Positions 10,816 through 24,124 of a DNA stretch of 64,000 nt are shown here, one piece after another (the first letter of the stretch is position 1; the number at the start of each line of letters is the position of its first letter). The position numbers were made by a program, and so were the translations under genes. Source of the DNA: Mobula hypostoma (taxonomy: Eukaryota); assembly GCF_963921235.1 (NCBI RefSeq), contig NC_086107.1, positions 101,062,001 through 101,126,000 of the forward strand, in the 5' to 3' direction. The notes under the pieces are model-generated. The model saw only the letters and a list, made by a program, of their open reading frames with translations. It made no database searches and had not been told where the DNA came from.

Positions 10816-13800
10816 TTATGATTATTTATGTCATGAGTTGTTCTGGTGACTTGCTGTACCTCATATAATTGATTGCAGTTGAAACAGCTGGAGTTTTATT
10901 TCAGTGATTGGGTGCCTTCTTTACAAATGGGATCCCCCTTCCCACTTGCCGCCCATCCTTGAAGCCGTTGAATCCCATTGGGTATGAGTCCTTCGATTTT
11001 CAAATCACTTGCACCAAAAAAAAAGCCCACCCTTTTAGGCTCGTCACCAGCATCAGGTGATCTTGTAATGGAAATGCTCCCACCATTCTTTCCAACATCA
11101 TTAAGTTGTGGTTATAACTGATGATCAGGCTCTTCTTCTGAAGCTTTCCTCACCAGGAGGGGGAGAAGATCATCCGATCAGAGGGGCTTGCATCACACAA
11201 GGAGGTCACTTTGCCTGTGTTCATTCTGCCCAGACATGGACAATTTAGATGACTCCAATTCCTCAACCTACTGTCCTTTGGGTTACTGAAGGTGATCACA
11301 CAGGGGAGACTTCTGCCTCCACACCTGTTCATGAAATGAGCTTCACACTCCCACCGCTCTTGGGGTGGGCCCTTGTCCCCTATTCCCTTCAAATCCTTAT
11401 AAATCTGTGTTCCGCATTACTGGCCTCTTTACAGAAGGAAATCGATCCTTCTTAAAGATTAAAGATCTTTAAGGATAGATTTATTTGTCACCCATACATC
11501 AAAACATAAAGTGTGCAATTTACCAAGACCACCTCTCATAATCTAAAGCATCTGTGTTAAGTCTCTTTCTGCCAGCCGGTCACTTTTGTTGACAAGAACA
11601 ATCCCAGCATAGGCTGTGATTCCCTGTCTCCTGACACCTGAAATTCTCCTCTTTGCCCTCTATACAGAACCGCTGTCTTGGTAATGATTTGTGCAGTCCT
11701 GGCACGAGCCTCCCGCCCTTGGGCTCCATGCTAGGCCAATTAAGGCAAGTTTCCTGTGTGTCATCTTATCCACTCGCGCTGCTGTCTTCAGAGATCGGAG
11801 ACACCAGGGACTGCAGATGATGGAATCTGGAGTACACACAAAGTGCTGGAGGAACTCAGCAGGTCAGACTGCATCTGTGGAAGGAAATGGATAATCAACA
11901 TTTCAGGTCAAGACCCTCCATCTGAAATAATGGAATAACAACTGTCCTGTCCCCTCCACAGATGCTGCCTGACCTGCTGAGTTCCTCCAACACTTTGTGT
12001 GTGTGTGTGTGTATATGTGTCTTCAGAGACCTGTGAAAATACACACCAAGCACCCTCAGGTCCTCAACTAATGCTGGTGTCCTCCCATTATTCTCTGGAC
12101 TTATCTTACCCTTTACAAATGTGTATTACTTCCCATATCCCCACACGGAATCCCAGTTGCCACATCTGTGCCAGGGACTGCAGATGCTGGAATCCGGAGC
12201 AATGACCGATTTGCTGGAGGAACTCAATGGGTTGAGTGGCAAGGAGGGAGGAAACGAGCTGCTGATGCTGCAGGATGCAACTCTGCATCAGGAGCGAGTC
12301 AGAGTCAAAGGAATCTTTCTGCAGCCTGCAGACACAAGGGCAGACATTAACCTTCTGTCTCTAAGTAATGTTTATATAAAAGGAATAGAACGGGAAGGAG
12401 CTACACCGTATTTCAACTATCAAGGCACTCCTTTCCTCAACAGCACCTTAATTTCGGGGGAGGGGGTGGAATTTCAACTTGAGCATTCTGCATTCAGAAT
12501 TCAAGATTCAAATTTACTTCCTCGCGTGCACATCGAAGCACACAGTGAAATGTGCCCTTTGCGTTAACGGCCAACATGCGGGGTTGGAGGCGAGAGGTGG
12601 GCTGGTTCGCCTTGCTGGGGGTTTGCTAGTCCCTGTGCTGACTGAGGCTGTGGCCTGCCACTAGTGGACTTCTGGACCGGCTGCGGTGATGCCTGGCGTT
12701 GTGAACTTCAGTTCTGAATGCTCCTTGCTCACTTTTATTGATTTTGCACGATTTGTTTTCTTTTTCCCTCTCTGCACACTGGGTGTTTCAACGGTCTTCT
12801 GTTAATGGGTTCTATTGGGTTTCTTTGTCTTGTGGCTGCCTGTAAGGAAACAAATCTCAAGGTTGTATAAAGCACACATACTTTGATAATAATTGAACTT
12901 TGAACTTTTGAACTTTGAACCAGAGGGTGTGCTGGGGGCAGCCCGCAAGTGCTGCCACACTTCCCAGCACTAACATAGCACGCAAAGCAACACAAAACAC
13001 AACAAAACAGCAGCAGCAAAACAGGCCACTCTCCTCCCCTCCTTCCCACCCACGTACATAGTCCTCCAACCCCAGCACCAACAGTCTCCAGCCTCCAGTG
13101 GACTTGGACTCGCAGACCTCGGGCCTGCAACCTCCTCAGCAGACTCACAGAGGTTCGCAGCTCAGGCCCTGGCCAATGGGCCTCAGCTTCCAGACTTCCG
13201 ATTTGACCCTCGGCCCTCGATCCTTCGCATTGACCCCGGGAACCTCACCAGGGGGTCATCTTCATTCCAGTCCGGGTGTCACTCTGGGCCAGCAAGTGCA
13301 GTGTGAAGCTGAACAGGTCTTAGTCAAGTTAAAGTGATCTCCGGCTTACAGAAGGGGGCAGAGTTTTCAGCAAACACCATTGCTCTGTTACCCTAAGTCT
13401 GAACATTTTTGTAGGGCATCCTCTCTGTTCAGTAAACACAAAATAATCTGCAGATGCTGGGGTCAAAGCAACACTCACAACACGCTGGAGGGCTGCCCAG
13501 CTGTTGAGTTCCTCTCTGTTCAGTGTTTTGTGGAGATTTTTGGGAAAACTTTTTAATTGGTCAGTTGCAGCGTAGTTGTTTCATTGCTGCCTGACTTCCT
13601 GAGCCCCTCCAGCATTTTGCGCGCATTGCAGTGGCGTTCGTACTCTGTTTTGGTTTTGCCATGGTCAAGTGGGTGCTGGTGGTCTGCCCCACCTCTTCAT
13701 ACACAACAGCGAAGGCACCAGAATGGAGGACATTTGCACTAAGAGTGAGGGCAGCGCTGGGTTCTGGTGACAACGTCCTGGCTGCCAGTCCCTCCTCTCT

Positions 13801-14064
13801 CGATGATGCGGTGGTGCTGCCTGAGCTCCTGTGCTCTGACACAACTCCTGTCGGTCTGCCTGATCCCGTGGTGCTCAGTTCTGTGTCCTGTCACCTGCCT
13901 GGGCAAAGTCTGAAGTTTCAGCGCCAGCCCAGTTTTTTTATGGAAATCCCCTTCGCAGTCAGAGAGCACCAGCGGAGAACAGAACTCACAGCCGACTTAT
14001 CAGACAACACTACAAACCAGCTCGATGTGTTCCATCTCTTGGTCGGCTGGGATTCAACGTTTTC

Positions 14065-14870
14065 TGTGACGCGAGTTGATAGGATGGTTAAGAAGGTGTC
14101 TGCTGTGTGGCCAGCATTAGTCAGGAGGGTTTGAGCTTAAGTAATGTTGCAGCTCTATAAAAATCCTGCTTAGCACCACAGTTGGTGTACTGTGTTCAGT
14201 TCTGGTCACCTTATTATCGGAAGGGTGTGGAAGCTTTAGAGAAGTTGCAGAGGAGATTTAGATTGATTCCAGAGATGAGGGGTGCTAGACTATGAGGAGA
14301 GATTGAGTCACCTGGGACTGTAATCACTGGAATTCAGAAGGATGAGAGATCTTATAGACACATAAAATTATGAAAGGGATAGATAAGAGAGAGGCAAGAA
14401 AATTGTTTCCACTGATGGGTGAGGCTAGAACTAGGGGACATAGCCTCAAGATTTGGGGGAGTAGATTTAGGATGAAGATGAGGAGGAACTGCTTTTCCCA
14501 GAGGGTGCTGAATCTGTAGAATTCTCTGCCCAATGAAGCAGTGGAGGCTACCTCAGTAAATATATTTAAGACAAGGTTGGATAGATTTTTGCATAGTAGG
14601 GAAACTAAGGGTTATAGGGGAAAGGCAGGTAGGTGGAGATGAGTCCGTGGCCAGATCAGCCATGATCTTACTGAATGGTGGAGCAGGCTCGATTGGCCAG
14701 ATGTCCCATTCCTGCTCCTATTTCTTAAATTCTTATGTTCTTATCACATGGATGAAAGAAAAATGCAGGACCCTCTGGCGTTGAAGGGTTAAATTGATCT
14801 TGGAGTAGGTTTGAGGGTTGGCACAATATAGTGTGCCAAATGGCCTATATTGTTCTATGTTCTATGTCAG
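14065..14870 (+). mobile_element. Two nested CR1 3' fragments
   Basis: CR1 sequence of the YCVQFWSP type at about 14190, then a second subfamily (about 14260-14745) ending TTCTTATGTTCTTA, then the remainder ending TTCTATGTTCTATG. Confidence 0.75.
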
Positions 14871-15089
14871 TGAGACCATATCACTGATCAAGGAATGCCA
14901 CTAATTGTCTTGGCAGCTGAATAAAGGACGTCTGTTGGATTAAAAGCCTTGTAAAGCACTTGTGATTTGCATTTGGGGGGGGTGCAGGAACATAATATTG
15001 TAACACATTGCATCAATGGCAAATGAAGGAATGCAGTTTCATGACGTAATGTGAGCTCGTTTAGGATGGCGCAGAAGAAGTAAAAGAAG

Positions 15090-15300
15090 AAGAAGAAAAC
15101 CCTGAACTCTGAGTGGAGTCATCGGGACGCTGTCATGACAGCGTTTTTTTTAGCAGGCTTTCTTATTTTTACAAGGCTGAGTTGCTAGCTCGACCGCTCA
15201 ACCCAGCACGGATGGAAAGCGTGCAAGGGAGCTGGCTGGATTCGAACTCGGGAGCCTTCGCTCCGAAGTCCGGCACTGATGCCACTACACCACCAACCAG
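15090..15300 (-). mobile_element. tRNA-headed SINE (second family)
   Basis: Minus strand GGTGGTGTAGTGGCATCAGTGCCGGACTTCGGAGCGAAGGCTCCCGAGTTCGAATCCAGCC carries A and B boxes. A second copy lies at about 46075-46225(+). Confidence 0.75.
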
Positions 15301-15799
15301 CTATTAGGATGGTGCAGGGCCACAGTAATTCACACACTGCTCCCAGGTGCTGGGTTCAGTTCTGACCCTGGACACTGTCTGTGTGGAACCTGCATGTCCC
15401 CCCTCTGGGACCTCTTAGTTTTTCTTCTGGGTGCTCTGGTCTCCTTCCACATCCCAAAACACATGCAACTTGGTGAGTTATTTGGCCACTGTAAAATGCC
15501 CCTGAGTGTAGTTAGGTAGCAAAGGAATGAGAAGGGGTATTTGGAAATGAATAAATTACAAGCGTACAGAGAAATAAGGAGGGGAAGTGAGACGAATGGG
15601 AACTAATATGGACCAAGAGAATGGAATGGTCTCGTGTTGAGGTACGTTAGCTTCCAGTTTAAAAAATCCATTCCCTTTTAAGTTCAGGTGTTTGGTACGA
15701 TTCACTTGAAAGGTTTCATAGATTTGTGCTCAAAATCACATCACAGAAAATACATCCAGGTTTGGGGCATTCACCTTGTTCACGTACTTGTTCTTTGTT

Positions 15800-16082
15800 G
15801 TCTTCAGCCCATCACCACTGCTGGGGCATAGGCCGCTGACAGCGGCTCGCCAGGGGCTTCTGTCTTGGGCCGATAGAAGGCTGATCGGCCCTATGGTTCC
15901 CACTTTCACCACCTGACTTCAGACTTCTTCTAGGTGAAGATCCTTCCTCTCCCAGGGATGAGGACTTTGGAGCTTCTGTTGGCGTTTCTGTAGCTCTGGG
16001 TTTTTTTACGGGATGGGGTTACTAGGCCCCAAGCCCAACCCTCCTTTTGCATCTAGGCTTGGGACTATCCATGATGGAGTTG
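15800..16082 (-). mobile_element. Internally deleted, non-autonomous RTE-like element
   Basis: An RTE-type 5'UTR motif (GGAGGGTTGGGCTTGGGGCCTAGTAACCCCATCCCGTAAAAA) lies close to an RTE-like C-terminus (WRAAVSGLCPS). Confidence 0.55.
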
Positions 16083-16129
16083 CTCGTACATATGCCAATA
16101 AACTCGACTATATGTCCACGGAGGTTGCG

Positions 16130-16420
16130 TGGGACTACAACCAGCGGTCATGGGTTAAGGGTGAAAAGTGATAAGGTTAAGAGAAACATGAGGGTAAACT
16201 TCTTCACTCAGAGGACTGTGAGAGTGTGGAACGAGCTGCCAGCACAAGTAGTGCATGCAAACTCAATTTCAACATTTAAGAGAAATGTTTGGATAGGTAC
16301 ATGGATGGTGGGGGTATGGAGGGCTATGGTCAATGAGAGTAGGCAGTTTAAATGATTTGACATGGACTAGTTGGGCCGAATGGCTGCTTTCTGTGCTGTG
16401 TGTTTCTATGACTCTATGAC
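16130..16420 (+). mobile_element. CR1 3' fragment
   Basis: Peptide GHGLRVK...FFTQRTVRVWNELP and a TTCTATGACTCTATGA tail. Confidence 0.85.
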
Positions 16421-17524
16421 TGTCTCTTCCTTTAAATGCATAATACTGACAGGAACTACATCTCCCAACACCCTTTGCAGCTGCTGTGCAAAGGATGCTG
16501 GATGGTGCAGTCCTTAACTACCCTGAAAGCAATGGAAGCAAGAGGTAGTGGATCTGCCCTTCCCATCTGCGTTTGTAGGACACTGGAAGTTGTAGTCCCA
16601 TATTTCAGCCTGCAAGTAAAGATTGCTGAAAGTTACAATCAGAATCAGAATAAGGTTTATTATCACTGGCATATGTCATGAAACTTGTTGTTTTGTGGTA
16701 CAGTACAGTGCAAGATGTAAAAATTACTATACATTACTATAAATGAATAATTAAATAATTGCTATCGCCTGCTCTAGCTGCAGTGATATCTGGCTTTGTA
16801 TCTTTTGTAAAGCTTCAGTTCTGAATGCTATTTGCTTACTTTTATTGTTTGCGCGGTTTATTTTCTCTGCTTCGGTGTTTGACAGTTTTTTTTTAATGGA
16901 TTCTTTTGAGTTTCTTTGTTTTGGGCCTGCCTGTGAGGAGGTGAATTTCAAGGTTGTATAAAGTATACATACTTTTGGTAATAAATGTACTTTCAACTTT
17001 GAAATAAATCGAGGAAAAGAGGACCTGGCTGCATTGAAAATCTTTGGGAATAGATTTGTTTCAAATTTGCCAATCTTTGAGAAAGGCTGGGAATGCCTGT
17101 TAGTGACATTTACGATCATCTTTGGCTGATTATCACTCTAGACCAGCATAGCTGCCTTTTAGTGTTGGAAACAGAACTTGTAATGTAATTGAGTCTAAGA
17201 AATCTTCCTGGTTCATCTACCTGCAGTATATTTCCTCGTTCAGTTTCCGTTCCTTGTATCCAGGTGCTCTGGTGTTCTCCCACGTCCCACACACGCTTGG
17301 GCTGTTAGGTTGGAAATAAAGAGAAAACTGCACATGCTGGAAATGTGGCGTAAAAACAAAACATCAGAGAAACTTATTTCTGTCCACCTTGTCTCTGTCC
17401 TTTCTCCCCTGGTCCTTTGACGTATCTGATGCCCTTAACACTTCAATTGCAATTTGCTTTCACGTCCTAAAGATGTGCTGGGTCCTATAAATTGTCCTTT
17501 AATGTGAGATAATAGTTATAATTA

Positions 17525-18095
17525 TTAAGGTTGTTATAGCTGGGTGTGGTAATGGGGATAATCTCCCACTACCTATTAAATGCTCCCAATAGCCTCTGAC
17601 AACTAAGTCCAGCTCCTGGCCTTCACGTGTGGCTTAGCTACTAAGCCCAGCGGAACTGTTTCTACTGACAGGAGAAGGGGCAGAGTTGGATTACTGGCAC
17701 CTTAAAACCAGTCACTTTGGGCAGATGGGGCTCATCAACTGTAGTTGGCAGCTCATCTAGGAGAAGGAAAACTCTGATCTCAAACCCCCGCTGCCTTGCG
17801 TCAACACCCGCTCATGGGGAAGGCTTCGGGAGTAAATCCCGAGGGAAAAATCCGGAGCTGGAGTCCCTAAGGCAGTCCTATGTTGAGTTCAACACAGATT
17901 GACAACTCCTGCAATGCTACTGGTGCCAGACTGTATCGGTCTCTGCCATTCCTCATTCCTTTGGGTTCATCAGCTGCGTGGAGATGGGGAGCTTACTACA
18001 TGGGCAACACTGTGCTCTCCATATTGTACTGCCCTGACTTGAAGCAATAGACGGCTAGAAGAAATATCCATGGTCAACTCTGACCGACAGAGGCC
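17525..18095 (+). mobile_element. Non-autonomous RTE-related element (copy 1)
   Basis: Near-colinear with the reverse complement of 38850-39432. Its 3' part is shared with the tail of the SINE at 58149-58463. Confidence 0.65.
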
Positions 18096-20099
18096 TCAAT
18101 AGTAGAAAGAATTAAAGGGAAGTTGATGGATGTGTGGGGTAGAGAATATATTGTGGACGTACAAGAGAATAAGGACGAGGGTGGATGGGACTAACAGGAT
18201 TGATTGCTCACAGAGAGCTGGCATGGACCTGATGGGCCCAATAGCCTCCTGCGTTGTTGGAAGTCGAAGATCTGGAGCAAGGACAATAGTCTTGAGCTTT
18301 TCTCTAAGGGGGTTGTCAACAATGGGCCGAACGTCCTCCTTCATGCACATTGATCTGTCTGGTATCTGTACAATCAATATTATGGCAGATGAATTTTAAA
18401 ATTTTATTGAGATACAGTGTAGAATAAGCCCTTCTGGCTCTCCGAGCGGCGCCACCCAGAAATCCCCTGATCACAGGGCAATTTACAATGACCAATTAAT
18501 CTACCAGCCAGTACATCTTTGCACTGTGAGAGGAAACCAGAGCACCCGGAGGAAACCCACGCAGTCATGGAGAGAATGTACAAACTCCCTAAAGGCAGCG
18601 GCAGGAGTTGAACCCGGTATGCCTGCACTGTAAATCTTACTGGTTCTGAATGAACATTAATGTTGTTAAAAGAAAATATTGAGATGTAATAGATAATTAG
18701 TCTGAATTTCCCCAGTTTTTCTCTCAGCTAGTGTGTGGTCCCTTTCTGTCAGTCATTTCTTGACCACAATCACTCAGGAGATCTGTAATCTTATCAGTGC
18801 CTGCAGTTCCACCTAGGCAATTCTTGCCTCTCAGCAGTGCCGGTTTTTACTGAAGGCCCCAGGACTGCGGGCTATCAGAGGGCACTTTTAACACCTCCTA
18901 TCTGTTTCATTTCTGACTGCTCTAAGCTGCCCCCTCCCAAGTCTGACTGTCTTCAGGTCAGCCAGGGGGTCTGAGAATGCAACACAGCTCCTGATTTCCA
19001 TTCCAGGTGCTGCGGTGACCTGGAAAGTGATGCCAGAAATGTCAGTGGAAGCAGATACAACAGTAACTTCCTCAAAGGCACAAGAGATCGCAAATACTGG
19101 TATCTGGAGCAACACACAAATAGCAGGAGGAACTCAGCAGATCTATGGAGGAAAATTAACAGTTGATGTTTCAGGCCGAGACCCTACATCAGGATTCAAG
19201 ATGAAAGGTCTCAACCCAAAATGTCGACTGTCTGTTTCCCTTCATAGATGCTGTCTAACCTGCTGAGTAGGTAAAAACTTTTAAATGTCTGTACACTGTC
19301 ATGAAAAAGAAGGGGAAGTGGAACTACGCAGGCGTTATATTGAGCCAGCATAGACCTAGTTTGTCAAATGTCAGTCCAAGTTCCATTTCCATTATAACAA
19401 GCAAGATCAATGACAACGTCAACCTCCCAAGCTTTCAATAATACACATCACAATTTTAATTAGATTGTGTATTAATTTCTCAGTCATTTAAAATCAATAA
19501 GAATTTAAGCAATTCAACAATCATAATTTCTTTTTTTTCAAGCTCAGTTCAAACCTGTAAATTTGAGAGCCCAATATAACACAAATAGCCAAAATTTCAC
19601 TGTGGCATGAATAGAAGTTCGTTCTTCATAGCAATTAGTTGCGTATTTCCCAAAACCACTTTTTAATTTAGACCGTTATGTCAAACAAAAATACAGTGCA
19701 GTAGAGGGATAATTATTATAATCAACATGTAAACCATATGTTTCTATTTCTTTTTGATCGTTCTTTCAATGTCTTTCCAAACAATTAAATAACTATCAAG
19801 TCAAGTATTAGCATTCCTGCTAAAGGAAAAAGCACATGAGGATTTAGAGGAGGATTGGAGTGCTCACATGGGCAGAGTGTGCTGACTTTCTGCAGCCTGT
19901 GTCAATAGCAAGGGATTGCAGTTTCATCTTTCTCGTATTTCTGTCAGTCAGAGATGTATTTGTTCTCCTTTTGTTCCCTTTCCAAGTCTGTGTCTTCTCT
20001 GCTTCCTCACTATAGCGGTGAAGCACGCTGAATCCTACCCTTCCTGGCACAGCTTCGGATCCAGCCCCTATTTCCTCCTGAAATGCAGTCTGTCTGTTT

Positions 20100-20540
20100 A
20101 CCTCTTAGTTTTTCTGTCTCTTCCTCTGTCCCCTCTCTCTTTTTCTGCCCTTCCTTTCCTCCCTTCTCCAGTCTCTCTTTTCCTTTCTCTGCTTTCTCTC
20201 CACTCTCACCCCTCCTCTCTCTCTTCTCTCTCTCCGCTCCTCCCTCTCTTCGCTTCTCCCTCTCTCTGCTCCTCCCTCTCTCCGTTCCTCCCTCTCTCCA
20301 CTCTTCCCTCTTCTCTCTCCTCTTTCTCTTGCTCTCTTCTCTCTTCCCACGCTCGCTCTCTCTTTCCCTATTCTCTTGCTCGCTACTTTGTCTATCCACT
20401 CATTTTCTCTCTCTCTCTCTCCATTCTCACTCTTTCCTCTCTCTCTACTCCACCCTCTCTCTCTCTTTCTCTCTCCCCCCTTTCTCTCTCTTTCCTCCCC
20501 CCACTCTCTCACCTTCTCTGTCTCTCCCTCTTCCCACACT
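20100..20540. repeat. CT-rich low-complexity tract
   Basis: Almost purely pyrimidine, degenerate (CT)n. Confidence 0.95.
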
Positions 20541-21077
20541 GAGGAAGCTGTTTACATTACTGTCTCCCCTACCCCTCTACTCTGATTTTCATTCAAAGTA
20601 CTCTGTCTCATTACGAAAAATTCCGCACACTAATCATTTGTAAAAAGAGATGACTTTTGTGTTGCTGACTATTAATAATTTCCCTCATTAAGTCTGTTCC
20701 ATTTCTCTGCTGGACTGTTACACAGGCCTTCCATGGCCAAAGTTTTGTAAATTCAGCTGTGCTCACTGCCTATGCAATCTTCTGTAAAATAATTCAGATG
20801 TAGTGTTCTAATAGTTTCACTGCAATTTGTATGAAAATTGAAGTTGATATTTTGTAAAGGAAATGTGATTTCTGAATCCAATAACATCACTCCAGAGCTT
20901 CAACTGGGGACTTTGGTTGTGGGTGAGTCCACATGGTTCTGGGCATGCATCCCACTGGGGACACGCACAACACCAGAGCTTCAATAACACCGGGAACCTG
21001 ACTCAGAAAGATGGTTTATGTCTTTGGTCCAACCCCTATACTGAACTCCAACACCTTCTCATGCATACACTCACACT

Positions 21078-21080
21078 CTC

Positions 21081-21138
<58 letters not shown>

Positions 21139-21295
21139 TCTCCCTCTCCCCCTCTCCCCCCTCTCCCCCTCTCCCCCTCTCTCCCTCTCCCCCTCTCTCC
21201 CTCTCCCCCTCTCCCCCCCTCTCTCTCTCCTCCCCTCTCCCCCTCTCTCCTCCTCTCTCCCTCTCTCCCCCTCTCCCTCTCCCTCTCTCTCCCTC
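21078..21295. repeat. (CT)n microsatellite followed by a CTCCCC-type tract
   Basis: Directly visible in the sequence. Confidence 0.95.
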
Positions 21296-21324
21296 TATAT
21301 GTGGGATATGAATATCCTGGACCA

Positions 21325-21580
21325 GGGACTGCTACATTGGAAAGTACATTGAGCATGTTTCCATGGTGAAACTGTACACTGCCAGGGCAAGCCAGAAACC
21401 ATAGCTGACTACAGAAGTCCGTGTATTTCTTAGACATTGGGAACAGGACGACTCCACGGTCAGCTACAGCCGTGCTCTCCCATGCCATCAGAAAGGCAAA
21501 GTGTGAGCACGCACAGAAAAACCGCAGCCACCTTTGGGACTCCAGGGACACGTGGCAGATGTGGTAAAGATATACGAATC
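21325..21580 (+). mobile_element. Rex1/Babar LINE internal fragment
   Basis: Peptide AVLSHAIRKAKCEHAQKNRSHLWDSRDTWQMW resembles the Rex/Babar ORF2 linker. Confidence 0.6.
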
Positions 21581-21589
21581 ATAACCACG

Positions 21590-21774
21590 CAACGTTCCCT
21601 TTTTTTTTTAACGGCTGTGCAGACCAACCATTGCTCTGAGCAGCAAATTTTTAAACAGCCTGTAAAACATTATACAAAAGAAAATCCCAGCTGCGTGGCA
21701 ACAAAGGCTACGTGCGTGTGAGCATTGTAGTAACTGCGCGGCCTCGCACCTGTGCAGCTCAGAGGGGACAGCAG
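21590..21774. mobile_element. Possible degenerate hAT MITE
   Basis: The ends CAACGTTCCCT... and ...AGAGGGGACA look like imperfect TIRs. Confidence 0.3.
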
Positions 21775-23329
21775 GCCCACGCCTTGTGTTTAAGTGACAA
21801 GTTCACAGTTGAAGTGACTGTTGGTGTATTGCACAAGGGCCATTTAATGCACTAAATTGGGAATACTGTGCTCCGTGCAGACTGATAATTTGTGCGCCTT
21901 CTTGCTGCGTTTTATGGAACTTGAGGATTAGTAGCTGAAGAGAACAGGGAAGGGTTTGTCCAGAAATGAAACAAGGGTGCTCCGAAACATGTTGTGTGTG
22001 GGACTAGAACCAAGTCCGTCAGCATCTGTGAGGCTATTTTCATACCCATATAGTTGGATTCCCACACGGATCCTGAAACTCAAGCAAGGGTCATCTCTTA
22101 AGGGCGCACTCCCTATGGCAACAGTCTGCCACAGAATGAGGCGGAGACAGCTCCTTTGCTCATTCAGAAGGACGTGTCAGGAGGGAGAGCCTGTGTGCCA
22201 AGGAGGAAGAGTCTGGAGGAAGGTGGCTACAGTCACCTCCTCCAGGATTAACAGTCCCGTACAGGAGGGATACGTGCCCTTGAGCTAGTCAGAGCATTCC
22301 ACACCCATTCCCGGCTGCTGTGATGGGATTTCTCACAGGAAATAACTATAAGATGACATCCTGGTCATTCCAACATGATGCCATCATGAGGAAGTTGAGA
22401 GATGTTGAGGCATGCCACGAAGTTACTACAGCCAGGATGCATTCGTTCACAGAATCAGTGCTGCAGGATGGGAGAGGGATTTGTGAATCATCTGGATTCC
22501 CCATCTGATTATTGATGAGCCATGTTTGTGTTTCAACTGAGCCTGCAGAGGTACTCGATTTGCATTGGGAATTATGATTTTGCCATCTTAAACCTCTCTC
22601 GAAGAAAGAGACCCTCGCACTTGGTCCTCTGCTTAGCTGGATGCCGGCCAGGGATATTCCCTCAGTAGCTGTCCTCCTCCTGCTCCTCTCTGAGTCTCCT
22701 CACTGCTCTTCGTCTGGCACGGGTGCAGTGATTGTTGCTGGGACTTGCAGGAAATCGCCAGCCCTCACTGGTCCCAGGTTACTATAGAGGTCCCTAACCG
22801 TCCTGCAGCCCAGTTCTGACCAGAACGGTGCTTGCAGTAATGGAGAGCCGAAGGCAGTGTCTTTACTGAGGAGCAAGTATTTCAGTAGCTAACTGCAGGA
22901 GATGGCACTTCTTCTCAGTTTAATCACTGTGGTTGGTTCTTCTGCACTTCTGAAGAAGCCCGTTTAGGTTTACATCTGTCACCAGAAGGGTTCTTTAAAC
23001 TCTCTAGAGATGCTTTAATGGTGACCATCTTCGGGAAGATAAGGCAAATCTGATGTCAGTAACTACTGACATTTTTTTTTAAACTGCTGGTGGAACTCAG
23101 CAGGTCAGGCAAGATCCGAGCATTGACAATCCCTCCAGGGATGCTACTTGACCCACTGTGTTCCTCCAGCAGATTGTTGCTTGCTCCAGATTTCCAGCAT
23201 CTGCAGTCCCTTGTGCCTTGAGGAACTAACGTTGCTGCCACAGAGAAGGACCTTCTCATTGGCCTCCTCCTAGCAGCTGAAGAGCAGCTCTTGAATTGTA
23301 GTGACATTTTATTCGCTGTCTGATGACTC

Positions 23330-23675
23330 CAAGCGGGGTGGAGATACCGAAGGAGGGGCAGGGCGCCTCTTCCCTCCGCTAGCCTACAGCTCACTCTTGG
23401 GCAAGGTGTTCCCCCCCCCGATCAGGAACACGTGAAGCACGAGAGCAGATGGCTGTATGAGCAGCTGCTGCACATCGCAGTCCTGGTTTTTTGACCACTG
23501 ACGCCAGGCAGACAACCTCTGAAGAGTATTGATAATGGCTGGGGCCGCCCGCCCTGTAAAGACACTGCCCAGAAGAAGGCAATGGCAAACCACTTCTGTA
23601 AAAACATTTGCCAAGAACAATCTTGGTCATGATCGCCCACGTCAGACGAGGTGGCACATAATCAACGAATGAACA
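23330..23675 (+). mobile_element. SINE-like element with an RTE/BovB-type tail
   Basis: GAAGGCAATGGCAAACCACTTCTGTA...TTGCCAAGA resembles the RTE/BovB 3' motif. Confidence 0.55.
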
Positions 23676-24124
23676 GTGATTTCAAGAGAAGTACAGGGAG
23701 CAGCACACACCATCAGAGCCCTTTCTTATCTTACTAAAGCCTCTGACCCTGTCAACTGAGATCAATTGTGGAATACCCTCCTCAAGTTTACCTCCTGTAG
23801 AAACTCATCCCTGTTCTACATCAGCTTGACAAGGGTATGCAGGCAAAGGTTTCAATGGAAAAGGTCCATCATAGACCTAGTCTCAGTGCACAGCGATGTC
23901 AAGTCAGCTGTGTCATTGTCCCAGTACTTCCCTCAATCTTACACAACACTGCACCTCGGCTCCAACAAATTTCCCCCTAGGATGGAGCTTAGCTACATGT
24001 CTAGTGAGAAACTCATTCACGGAAGCCTAGGAGAGGATGGGCTTTACATTTAACATCTGTACCATCTACCATCGTGCCCTCCAACAATAAAGTTACATAA
24101 GAAGACCTTGGAAAATATAGACTA

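Noticed and set aside
13561..14134. Frames open on both strands (167 aa on +, Ser/Thr-rich on -)
   Set aside because: No recognisable family and no convincing splice-site pair. Both ends run into repeats.
19916..21551. Leu/Ser-rich and Arg/Glu-rich ORFs (also at 33865-34262 and 61614-62317)
   Set aside because: They are translations of (CT)n/(GA)n microsatellites.
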